Both the position numbers and the translations under genes were made by a program. The notes below the pieces were generated by a model. The model did no database searches. It was not told the origin of the DNA and saw nothing but the letters and a program-made list of their open reading frames with translations. From a virus, in IMG/VR virus record IMGVR_UViG_3300032893_000008, positions 55,224 to 119,223 of that record: DNA of 64,000 nucleotides; one strand, 5' to 3'. Below, in pieces: positions 1 to 8,453 of the stretch (its first letter is position 1; the number at the start of each line of letters is the position of its first letter).

Positions 1-392
1 TCGTCGAGGAACCAGATGCCTCGACCAGTGGTAGGCAGAAGCCCCGGGCGCCCGTGGACGGTAACGCGCTCGCCGTCGACGGTGACGTTCTCGCCCAGGC
101 CCGCAAGATCGGGAGCTTCCAGGAACTGGAGATTGCAATCCCGAGTCGCTACCGAAGCTTCGATGATCTCAGCAATCTTCTTCGCGGCCTGAGCCGGAAC
201 TTCAGACTTGCCGATACCGGCGGGTCCAACCATGACAATCGGACGGCAGATGATGGGTTCGCGATCAAATGCCTTGGTCTTGGGATTCCACCCCATCTGC
301 GCCAGGTGGCGCTCGACAATCAGATCGATGATCTGACTGGCGGACAGGTGGATCATGGAGGAGCGGGCATCTTTTTTCGTCTTCTCGGGCAC
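1..392 (-). CDS. AAA+ (MoxR-like) ATPase, N-terminal part, runs off the window edge
   Basis: Not in ORF track; hand translation from GTG at 392 (SD AGGAG upstream): MPEKTKKDARSS...IVMVGPAGIGKSE (Walker A)...APDLAGL...GIWFLD(E) (Walker B). Confidence 0.8.
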   Translation of the reverse strand, partial: MPEKTKKDARSSMIHLSASQIIDLIVERHLAQMGWNPKTKAFDREPIICRPIVMVGPAGIGKSEVPAQAAKKIAEIIEASVATRDCNLQFLEAPDLAGLGENVTVDGERVTVHGRPGLLPTTGRGIWFLD

Positions 393-413
393 TTGAAATC
401 TCCTATCGCGGGC

Positions 414-442
414 ATCCTACCAAGGGGGAAGCGCCCGGTCAA
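414..442 (-). promoter_or_regulatory. sigma70-type promoter for the AAA ATPase
   Basis: TTGACC-17bp-TAGGAT with extended TG. Confidence 0.6.
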
Positions 443-1569
443 GCAATTTTACGGCGCAGCTCTTCCAGGGGCTCGCCGAAGAGGTCGAGAAGGAGGCGCC
501 GGAATTCTGGCGTTCCATTCGAATTGTTGTGGAGGATATTCGAAAAAGCAGACACCGAACGCCCTAGATATGCGGCGAGCGTGCCATGGGTAGACGGCAA
601 TCCTTTCTCCCTGGCAAGCTGGAAAATCCGGAACTTTGACGCCCGGCCGCGGGCGCGAACACGGGGAACGGACCGAGATGATTTCGACGTAAAAACCAAT
701 CCGGAATTTGCCAACTCTTCAGAGACGATGGCGTATATTTCCGGATTCATCAGATCGATGGCGGTATCAGCAACGTCATCGAAACTTACGTGAGTGGTAA
801 GATTGATGTCCGTCAGACGGTTGCGGAGGAGAGAAGACAGCTCCTCGCTGCTTCGGACCTTCACGGCGCCACTGGGATCAAGCACCTTGGACTGAAGCGT
901 TCTCTTCAGATCCTTGTTCATACCACCCAAGGCTTCATGAAACTTCCCGATCGCTTCATCGATAGGCATCCCGGGGGAGATCGAATCGATCAGATTCTGG
1001 ATCGTATTCCGGTATCCATCGATATCGACCACGTGCCCGCCGTGACGGGCGGCTGTGTAACTTCGGGATAGCGAGATGAACTTCCGGCGAAGATGGATGT
1101 ATACGAGAGTAGACTCTTTCGCGCACCCCTCCCCGTGGCGAAGATTCTTCTGGATCCAACGGAGCTGCTGAAGGACGAAAATACGACCGTCCTGAATCAG
1201 GTCCTCAACGGACTTGCCGAGACGGCCGATCGAAGCACGAGGATCCAAGGTGGAGCAACTGTTTCCTCCGGCCCAGTAGCGAAGGACGTGATCGTTGATC
1301 ATCTTCTTGATCATCGGATCGTATTTACGAATCTGATCATCCGTTACTAGCTCCGGATTCCCTTTCACTCTCGACTTCGGAGTGTAGGTTTTACCCGGCT
1401 GGAGATGCCCCCACCGTCGCCCGGACTTGATGTCCGATACCATGGGTTGCTGGATGTTGTAACGCTTAGCGATGACCCGCTGCGGGTCTGTGGAACGGAG
1501 GATCTCCAGCGCTTGCTCTTCCGTCAGCTTTTTGCGACGAATGGGGACGTTCTCTTCCATGTGGGGCAC
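439..1569 (-). CDS. Putative sigma-factor-like transcription regulator (HTH + sigma region-2-like + XRE-like HTH); true start possibly ATG 1560
   Basis: N-term KLTEEQALEI..QRVIAKRYNIQQPMVSDIKSGRRW HTH; SVEDLIQDGRIFVL resembles sigma region 2.2; C-term LAAYLGRSVSAFSNIL HTH. Confidence 0.5.
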   Translation of the reverse strand: MPHMEENVPIRRKKLTEEQALEILRSTDPQRVIAKRYNIQQPMVSDIKSGRRWGHLQPGKTYTPKSRVKGNPELVTDDQIRKYDPMIKKMINDHVLRYWAGGNSCSTLDPRASIGRLGKSVEDLIQDGRIFVLQQLRWIQKNLRHGEGCAKESTLVYIHLRRKFISLSRSYTAARHGGHVVDIDGYRNTIQNLIDSISPGMPIDEAIGKFHEALGGMNKDLKRTLQSKVLDPSGAVKVRSSEELSSLLRNRLTDINLTTHVSFDDVADTAIDLMNPEIYAIVSEELANSGLVFTSKSSRSVPRVRARGRASKFRIFQLAREKGLPSTHGTLAAYLGRSVSAFSNILHNNSNGTPEFRRLLLDLFGEPLEELRRKIA

Positions 1570-1598
1570 ATGATACCAGAGTATCGGATCGATGTCAA
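1570..1598 (-). promoter_or_regulatory. sigma70-type promoter
   Basis: TTGACA-17bp-TATCAT with extended TG. Confidence 0.7.
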
Positions 1599-1599
1599 G

Positions 1600-3048
1600 T
1601 CACTTTTCGACCACAGCTACTGGCGCGATCTCTTCGAACCATTCCTTGCGCGCATCGCCATGGCGCTTCAAGTGCTGAGCCTGGGGCACATCGATCTGAT
1701 AGTCAATAACCAGGACTTCGTTCTTACGGCCTTCCACTCGCCGAAGGCCACGGCCAAGGTTCTGCATCACCAACCCCTTGGAAGCACCGCCGGCGAGCAG
1801 CATCAAGACATCGACCGGGAGGATATCGGTTCCCTCTCCGATCACAGAAGTTCCGATCAGACATCGAATTTTACCAGCGTTAAAGTCTCGCACGGCTTCG
1901 GAAGGATCCACCCAAGGAGCACCTTCTTCCTGGGCCTTCTCCTTCGCGCGCACGAAGACCGAGCCCTCGATCCGCGATTGAAGTTCGTGACCGTGCTCAC
2001 GTTCCTTAACCAGGATTAACACCTGCTTACCGGCTTTCAGCACGGCCTTCGCCTGAGCAACCACGAGCTTGTTGAGGTAGTCATTTCTGATCACGTGCTC
2101 CTGGAAGGACTTAATCAGGTTCGCCGGCGCGGCGGTCGAGGAGGTGGTGATCCGATAAAGCATGAACCGAGGAGTAGCCAGGAAGCCATCCCTGATGCCC
2201 TCCTGGACGGTGTAGGTATCGATGACCGGGAACGTCGCAGCTTCGATCGCCAAGTCAGCTCCATCGGCCCGGAAGGGAGTAGCGGTAAAGCCGAATCGGT
2301 AGAAGGCGTTGGGAACGAAATCATAGCAGATCTGAGAAACGGTAGCGCAGGGCAAATGATGACACTCATCGAAGATGAGCACCTGACGGTCATCCCAATC
2401 TTTCGGGGTGGAATTCAGGATACTCGGCGCACAAGCGATGGTGATATCACGGATCTTCTTCTTACCGTCCCCATACTGAGATACCCGCGCCGGACCGAAA
2501 AACATCTCGAAACGACGAACGGTCTGCTTCAAGATCGACGTGTTGGGCACCACGAGGAGAGACTTTAGCCCCAATCGCTGAAGAAGCTTCATGATGACGA
2601 CGGTCTTACCAGTGCCGGTGGCAGACTCGATGGTTCCCTGGCCGGCAGCCAGGCAGCGCTCAAACTGACGCGTCTGGTAGTAACGCATCTCCGGCGGGGC
2701 CTGCTCCATCCGGAACCCAGGACCTTGCCGCGGCCGCACCCGAATGTCCTCAACCATCGGAGCCTGAAGCTTTTCACGGACACGATCGAGCAATCCCGTT
2801 GGAAACACCAACGAATCCCCGTCCATGGACGCAAGCGCTACGTGCTGCTGCGCCTGGAGTTGCGCGATGCGCATCGCGAAGTAGTCCGCACCACCGCCAT
2901 AAGCTCGCCTGGCGGCACGCTGCGCCTGTCGGATCTGATAAGATACTGACTTGTCGGTGTAGGTGAGTTCCTTGATGACCTTCGCGGCTTCTTCAGGCGA
3001 GATCCCGCTCACGGTAGACTTGGAATATCCGACACGGATGATGGCCAC
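1600..3048 (-). CDS. Superfamily 2 DNA helicase (UvsW/XPB-like)
   Basis: Q motif MRYYQ, SATGTGKT, DECHH, TATPFRAD, GEGTD, QNLGRGLR. Confidence 0.9.
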   Translation of the reverse strand: MAIIRVGYSKSTVSGISPEEAAKVIKELTYTDKSVSYQIRQAQRAARRAYGGGADYFAMRIAQLQAQQHVALASMDGDSLVFPTGLLDRVREKLQAPMVEDIRVRPRQGPGFRMEQAPPEMRYYQTRQFERCLAAGQGTIESATGTGKTVVIMKLLQRLGLKSLLVVPNTSILKQTVRRFEMFFGPARVSQYGDGKKKIRDITIACAPSILNSTPKDWDDRQVLIFDECHHLPCATVSQICYDFVPNAFYRFGFTATPFRADGADLAIEAATFPVIDTYTVQEGIRDGFLATPRFMLYRITTSSTAAPANLIKSFQEHVIRNDYLNKLVVAQAKAVLKAGKQVLILVKEREHGHELQSRIEGSVFVRAKEKAQEEGAPWVDPSEAVRDFNAGKIRCLIGTSVIGEGTDILPVDVLMLLAGGASKGLVMQNLGRGLRRVEGRKNEVLVIDYQIDVPQAQHLKRHGDARKEWFEEIAPVAVVEK

Positions 3049-3095
3049 GGGGATATTCTACCCAAACCGAAAACCGTTCAATCGGTATAATTCGA

Positions 3096-3296
3096 GTGAT
3101 GCCCGTCGATTTCCACGCCTACGCCTTCAATCAGCACGAAGTAAAGAGCCACGATACCGCGTGCAACGTCTGCCTGACGTATTGCGGCTTGCGAATTGCA
3201 GACGCCGCCATTCTGGAAGCCATCAGCGCCGGACACCCGAAGTGCCAGGGGTGCGAAGCCATGAAGCCGAAGACGGAGAAAAAGACTGATGAGTAA
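3096..3296 (+). CDS. Small Cys/His-rich (Zn-binding) protein
   Basis: CNVC..YC..CQGC; GGTATAAT 7 nt upstream; overlaps next start. Confidence 0.55.
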   Translation: MMPVDFHAYAFNQHEVKSHDTACNVCLTYCGLRIADAAILEAISAGHPKCQGCEAMKPKTEKKTDE

Positions 3297-4464
3297 TTTC
3301 TCTCCCGATCAGCAGATCGCCTACGACGGCATTCTACAGTGGGCGAAGGATCCAAATTCATCCCAGACCGCGGCGCTTACTGGTTTTGCCGGCTGCGGCA
3401 AAACCTTCGTCGTCGCTAGCTTGGCTACTTCAGGAAACGTCCATTACTGCACCCCTACCGCCCAAGCGGCTTCGGTCCTCAATCGGATGCTCCCCAACGG
3501 CGGAGCTACTACTGCCCATCGTTTCCTCCGGGAATACAAGAAGCCGCCGGCCATCTCTAAGGAGAATACCCTAGCCGATCCTTTCGAGGAACAGAAATGG
3601 GAATATCGGGTAAAGCATTACTCTGAGTTCACGAGCCTGGACCTGATCGTCGCAGATGAAGCGAGCATGCTGTCCACGGACATCTGCCAAGAACTCCGCG
3701 ATACCCGCCGTAAGGTTCTATTCGTTGGCGATCCGGCACAGCTTGGCCCTATTAATCGCGAAGAGATGCCGGCGGAACTGAAGAATCCCACCTGGCACCT
3801 CAGTAAGCTCCACCGGGTGATGGAAACCCATCCGCTACGCAAACTCGGCGAAGCCGCTCGGTCGAAGTTCCTGTCCGAGTTGAAGAATTTTGCCGAACCC
3901 GGAAAGATCATTTTCATCGATCGTGATCGCCTAAAATCCGTCGTTAAGCTGATGTGGAAGGACCTAGCGCCAGAACAGCTGGAATCTCGGATCTTTATCG
4001 CCGACACCAATGAACTAAGGGTGATGGTCAACAAGCTCGTTCGCCAGGTCCTGTTCGGTGACACGACGAACGATCCCGTCCCTGGCGATCGTATTGTCTT
4101 CCTCAAGAACGAGCGAAGAACCCGAATCTACAACGGCATGCGTGGAACCGTGATTTCCGTAAACAAAGTTTACGGCGACCAGCTCCTGATCGAAGTCCAA
4201 CCAGACTACGACTCCCAGGGGGTGCTACGCACGCGGGTAGAACGCTCCCAGTTCAACAATCCGAAGAAGATCCCGTGGGACCAGGGGCAGGCTAGCTTGG
4301 CCGACTACGCTTACGCTTCAACTTGTCACAAAGCCCAGGGGGATCAGTTCGAAACAGTGGTGACGCTCGCTGAACCAGGGCGCTTCAAGTCTACTCCCGA
4401 GACCCTGAGTTGGTCCTATACGGCCATCTCTCGTGCCCAGGAGAAGCTGGTAATTCTGGTATGA
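3289..4464 (+). CDS. Superfamily 1B helicase (Dda/RecD-like)
   Basis: GFAGCGKT, DEASM, GDPAQLGP, YASTCHKAQG, YTAISRA. Confidence 0.9.
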   Translation: MSNFSPDQQIAYDGILQWAKDPNSSQTAALTGFAGCGKTFVVASLATSGNVHYCTPTAQAASVLNRMLPNGGATTAHRFLREYKKPPAISKENTLADPFEEQKWEYRVKHYSEFTSLDLIVADEASMLSTDICQELRDTRRKVLFVGDPAQLGPINREEMPAELKNPTWHLSKLHRVMETHPLRKLGEAARSKFLSELKNFAEPGKIIFIDRDRLKSVVKLMWKDLAPEQLESRIFIADTNELRVMVNKLVRQVLFGDTTNDPVPGDRIVFLKNERRTRIYNGMRGTVISVNKVYGDQLLIEVQPDYDSQGVLRTRVERSQFNNPKKIPWDQGQASLADYAYASTCHKAQGDQFETVVTLAEPGRFKSTPETLSWSYTAISRAQEKLVILV

Positions 4465-4471
4465 AAGAAAT

Positions 4472-5170
4472 TTGCGTCACACGTTGTCACCACTGTGTCA
4501 CATCAATGTTCCCGGGGTCGCTCTAATGAAATCAAGTATTTACAAGCCCCATGTCCGTATATATAGATTAGATAATAATTCAACCGAAAGAACCAGGGTG
4601 TGGAGGCTGCGGAAGAAGGCAGAGAGGGAATCCCTGGAAGCGGAAAAGGCAGTCATGGAAGAAAAAGAGAAAATCTGGAACCAGGCTATTATCGATCTAC
4701 GGAAGACTTTCCGTGAGGATCGGAAGCGGGAGCATCTTTTCAACCACCTGGTAGCTTTCTTTCAGACCCTCAAGGAGGGCTCATGGGAACTGGAGGAGGT
4801 ATCAGCTGCAGGGAAAAAGAGGGAGGTGGTCGGGGTCTTCTATGTAAACTGGATCGGTGGTAAAACCAGCAATAAGGCTAAGCGATATCTCCAACGCGTG
4901 GAGATGGAATGGACTAGCGCCATCGCCTATGTCTGGGGCACTTTCAAGACCGCTGATGTCGAATCTCGTCCTGTTACGCCATCTGTGACGGAAGAGGCGG
5001 AAGAAGAAGAGGAAGATGTCGACTTGATCGAACTGGAGCAGTTTCGAAAGGAACACGAGCAATCGGAACGGGAGCGGTTGCGCCGCCTGGAAGCGCTGGA
5101 GGCCAGCGGTATCATCAGTGACGATCAGCGCCGCTGGTTGACTGAGCTACGGGAAAAGTTCACGAAATGA
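4472..5170 (+). CDS. Hypothetical replication-module protein (initiator/helicase-loader candidate)
   Basis: Long ORF between Dda and DnaB-like genes, ATGA-coupled to the helicase; start uncertain. Confidence 0.5.
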   Translation: MRHTLSPLCHINVPGVALMKSSIYKPHVRIYRLDNNSTERTRVWRLRKKAERESLEAEKAVMEEKEKIWNQAIIDLRKTFREDRKREHLFNHLVAFFQTLKEGSWELEEVSAAGKKREVVGVFYVNWIGGKTSNKAKRYLQRVEMEWTSAIAYVWGTFKTADVESRPVTPSVTEEAEEEEEDVDLIELEQFRKEHEQSERERLRRLEALEASGIISDDQRRWLTELREKFTK

Positions 5171-6405
5171 CCGGACTCACTAATACCCAGAAGCTCATCG
5201 ATCATGTCGCTAACGGTCTCTCGGCCCTGACCGGCCAGCCGAAGGCGGAGATCGTGGCTATTCTGGATTATCGCGTAGATCTCCAGAAACGTCAAGGCGT
5301 TAGCTTTGCGCATGAGCTGAAGCTTCTCTCTGGGGGAAACGAAGAAGCCAAAACCCTCTGGGAGAAAATCCGCGGCGGCTCGCTGGGCGCCCTGGGAGAG
5401 CAGGGAGCGATTGAGTTGCGCTTCCAGAAGAACTACATGGAGCCTAGGCTTAAGGCCCTGGAGTTCAAGGAGCTGGAGAAGACGCTGGAGCAGCCATCGG
5501 AAGAAGCGCTCGTCGAGGCCCAGAAAGCTTTCGAACAGTCCCTCGACTTGCGAGCCAAGCTAGCTCCCCTTCCCCTTCTGGTAACTCCTGGAGTCGCCGC
5601 TTTGGCGCGCTTGGTTCCGGGGGAGCTTCATCTTTGGGGCGCTGAAACGAAGCACGGCAAAACGACAAATTGCGCCGGCATTCACGAACCCCTGGTTAAC
5701 CAAGGGCTTAAGACTGCACATATCACGATCGAGGAGGCTGAGGATACCTTCCGCCTCCGCGTGGCGTGCCTGACCGAAGGGATCGACGTAACGCACGTCG
5801 GTGCGGGGAAACTACCTCAAGACGCCGTGGACCGCATCAAGGTCCGCGTAGCGCAGCAGAGGCCCTTTCTACGAGTGATCGCCGGCCCTAGCTTCGGCCG
5901 GCCGGACATCTTTGCTCAGGCGCTGGAATCCTTCAAGGACGGTGGCTATACGATCATCACTTTCGACTACATCTCCAAAGCGATCACGTCCAACTCGGAA
6001 GGGCAAAACCGAGCGGAGCAGGAAAAAATCATGATCGCGTGTGAAAAATTTGTTAAATGTGGCATCCCCATGGTAGTCTTCGGTCAGTTGCGCAAGTTCG
6101 ATCCGAAAGTGAAGTCGGAAGGTGTAGGTGAGCGTTTCCGCGGAAACCGATCGCTGCATCTTCTGGCAGACAATACGATCGAGATGCGAGCCTATAAGAA
6201 AGCAGGTGTTACTCGTTGGAAACGTTGCAATACCCGGTGGGAAGATAATCGTTTGTCAATTTGCTGGACGCAACTTGTTAATGGTCGGCATCAGGACATT
6301 CCCGAAACAGAAGCGAACCAGCGGATTGCAGACATGGTTCAACGAAAAGCTGATGAAGAAGCCGGCAATCTCTCTGACCTCTCTAAGTCCCTAAACGATG
6401 ACTGA
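5167..6405 (+). CDS. DnaB-like (SF4) replicative helicase, divergent
   Basis: GAETKHGKT Walker A, ITIEE, ITFDYI, VVFGQL. Confidence 0.75.
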   Translation: MTGLTNTQKLIDHVANGLSALTGQPKAEIVAILDYRVDLQKRQGVSFAHELKLLSGGNEEAKTLWEKIRGGSLGALGEQGAIELRFQKNYMEPRLKALEFKELEKTLEQPSEEALVEAQKAFEQSLDLRAKLAPLPLLVTPGVAALARLVPGELHLWGAETKHGKTTNCAGIHEPLVNQGLKTAHITIEEAEDTFRLRVACLTEGIDVTHVGAGKLPQDAVDRIKVRVAQQRPFLRVIAGPSFGRPDIFAQALESFKDGGYTIITFDYISKAITSNSEGQNRAEQEKIMIACEKFVKCGIPMVVFGQLRKFDPKVKSEGVGERFRGNRSLHLLADNTIEMRAYKKAGVTRWKRCNTRWEDNRLSICWTQLVNGRHQDIPETEANQRIADMVQRKADEEAGNLSDLSKSLNDD

Positions 6406-7327
6406 CCTAAACATCGAAAACTGGGTATACACCCTATTCAACAAAGGAGAGTTTACGGCCGCCGGCGACCGCGAGGAGGATATGGGCCCCTGGTGTCGCA
6501 AGCCCGGCAGTGGCATCATCCCCGTAGAGAGCCTTCTGAAGATTCAGCCGGCGAAGTTCTGCATCAATCCTTTGCGTAAGGGAGCGCCCACCAGGAGTGA
6601 CGCCAACCTGACTGCCCATCGGTCGTTCTTGATCGAGATCGACAAAGATGCTGACGGTAACTTGATGAGCGAGGCGGACCAGGAGCGCTACATCGAAGAC
6701 CTCGGACTCCCCTGGTCTGCTCGTGTGTGGACTGGGGGTAAGTCTCTCCACCACCTTATCACCCTGTCGGAGGATCTAACTGCGGAGCAATCGGATGCGC
6801 TACGAGACCGAATTTTTGGCACAGACATCCACAATCGTGGACCTATCCCGATTTGCGATTTTGGAGTGCGCCTGAAGTGCCAGGTGGCTCGCGTTCCGTT
6901 TCACGTTCGTAACGACGGAAAGTATCACGAGCAATTGCAGCGGCTTACGGGTCTTCGGGGGCGCGTTAAGTTCTCGGACTTGAATGATTGGTTGACCTCT
7001 AAGGGGTTCCCCTGGGTTCCGCCGAAGCCCAAGGTGCATCACCACTCCAAGAAGGACGCAGCTCGGCGCCTCCTAGATGATCCAGACGGTTTTCACCTCA
7101 AGCTCCCGCTATCCGGAAAGATCCAACAGCTTTTGAATGAAGGTTCAGTGTCCGGCGAGTCCAACAACCGCATGGCGCGTGTAGCCATGGGGATGGCGAG
7201 CAAGGGCTGGAACGAGGAAGAGATGTTCGAGGCCCTTCGAGAAAATTTCATCTCCCAGTCCGATGTTGAGATCTCCCGTGCCATCCGGGGCGCTCTTCGC
7301 AAACAGGCCGAGCAGGACGGCGAGTAA
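6398..7327 (+). CDS. Primase (AEP/PrimPol-like) with C-terminal helical domain
   Basis: LIEIDKD acidic motif, WTGGKSLH motif, VARVP; adjacent to helicase. Confidence 0.7.
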   Translation: MTDLNIENWVYTLFNKGEFTAAGDREEDMGPWCRKPGSGIIPVESLLKIQPAKFCINPLRKGAPTRSDANLTAHRSFLIEIDKDADGNLMSEADQERYIEDLGLPWSARVWTGGKSLHHLITLSEDLTAEQSDALRDRIFGTDIHNRGPIPICDFGVRLKCQVARVPFHVRNDGKYHEQLQRLTGLRGRVKFSDLNDWLTSKGFPWVPPKPKVHHHSKKDAARRLLDDPDGFHLKLPLSGKIQQLLNEGSVSGESNNRMARVAMGMASKGWNEEEMFEALRENFISQSDVEISRAIRGALRKQAEQDGE

Positions 7328-7372
7328 ACCCCGTCCGGAGCTGGAAAATCGACTTCTGGTAGAATACGCCTT

Positions 7373-7606
7373 GTGTTTAAGAAAGGCGATATCGTCAGAA
7401 TTACGACCCAGAACGCTACCTTGTGGCCTTACTACGGCCAGAAGGGAGAGGTCAGCCGGCCGTCATACAGCGAAGCCAAAAGCGGGACCGTTTATGAGGT
7501 CGAAGTTAAAGACCCCAAGAACGGTCGGGTCGGTCTTCTCCTGGATGAAACAGAAATGGTCCTCTGGAATGGGCTCGATGAAGCGATGAAGGCGAGTAAT
7601 GGGTAA
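7373..7606 (+). CDS. Small SH3/KOW-like protein with C-terminal NGLDEAM motif
   Basis: MFKKGDIVRI..GQKGEV..YEVEV; GGTAGAAT 7 nt upstream. Confidence 0.7.
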   Translation: MFKKGDIVRITTQNATLWPYYGQKGEVSRPSYSEAKSGTVYEVEVKDPKNGRVGLLLDETEMVLWNGLDEAMKASNG

Positions 7607-8453
7607 GAAAGTCTGGTGCGAGTTTCACAAAATTGAGCATGACCTCGATTTAGTTGAAAGATTCGCAGCAAAAACGGGCGAAAAGAAAGGTGTTTGTCCG
7701 ATCACGGCTGCTACAGAAGTCCAGACGGGTGCTTACATTCTTGAGCCTGAATACGCTATCGTCCACAAATCAGCGACTGAAGCCCGCTGGCCCCAGAACG
7801 TTGATCTCTTGATCACCAAGCTCCCCGCCACCGAGAAGGAAGGCTACACCCAAGGGTTGGTAGCTTTCATCGCCGGCCAGACGTTCAAGCAGATGAACCC
7901 GAACTCCCTCGCCTTTGTGATCGTATCGAGCTACAAGGAACAGAAGGAACGCCCCTACCTGATCGTGGAGATCTTCAAGTCCGCGGGCTTCCAGTTCATC
8001 GACACGATTATCTGGGAGAAAAACAAATACACTCCCACCCAAGGCGGTAAGCGCCTTAACAACGTCTACGATTTCGTCTTCCTCTTCGCCAAGGGTGACA
8101 ACTATCACCTGGATCGTGAGGCGATTGCATACCTCCGTCGTGATGGGCACGGAGAATACCTGTGCGCCGGCAACGTATGGCGCATCAAGGTCGACGAAAA
8201 AGATTCGGTTCCTCAGGAACTCGCAGAAGTGGCGATCAAGCTATCGAATCTGCTGCCGAATTCCACGATCGTAGATCCGTTCATGGACACCGGCGCGGTG
8301 CTACGAGCAGCACTTCACACTCAACACTCGTTCTGGGGATGCGAGTCTAGTCCCCTCAAGTTCAAGAGGTGCCAGAAAGTAGTGCGTGACTACCGCACTG
8401 CTCTCTTGGCCGGCAAAGACCCCGAATCGATTCTCAACGGAGAGACAGCGTGA
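7599..8453 (+). CDS. N6/N4 DNA methyltransferase-fold protein with degenerate catalytic motifs
   Basis: DTIIWEK, YDFVFLFAK, GNVWRI, PQELAE..IKLS, VDPFMDTG; motif IV reads TKLPA rather than TSPPY. Confidence 0.75.
   Translation: MGKKVWCEFHKIEHDLDLVERFAAKTGEKKGVCPITAATEVQTGAYILEPEYAIVHKSATEARWPQNVDLLITKLPATEKEGYTQGLVAFIAGQTFKQMNPNSLAFVIVSSYKEQKERPYLIVEIFKSAGFQFIDTIIWEKNKYTPTQGGKRLNNVYDFVFLFAKGDNYHLDREAIAYLRRDGHGEYLCAGNVWRIKVDEKDSVPQELAEVAIKLSNLLPNSTIVDPFMDTGAVLRAALHTQHSFWGCESSPLKFKRCQKVVRDYRTALLAGKDPESILNGETA

Noticed and set aside
7373-7606. GroES co-chaperonin
   Set aside because: No PLxDRV or mobile-loop GGI motif; fits the SH3-like tagged family instead
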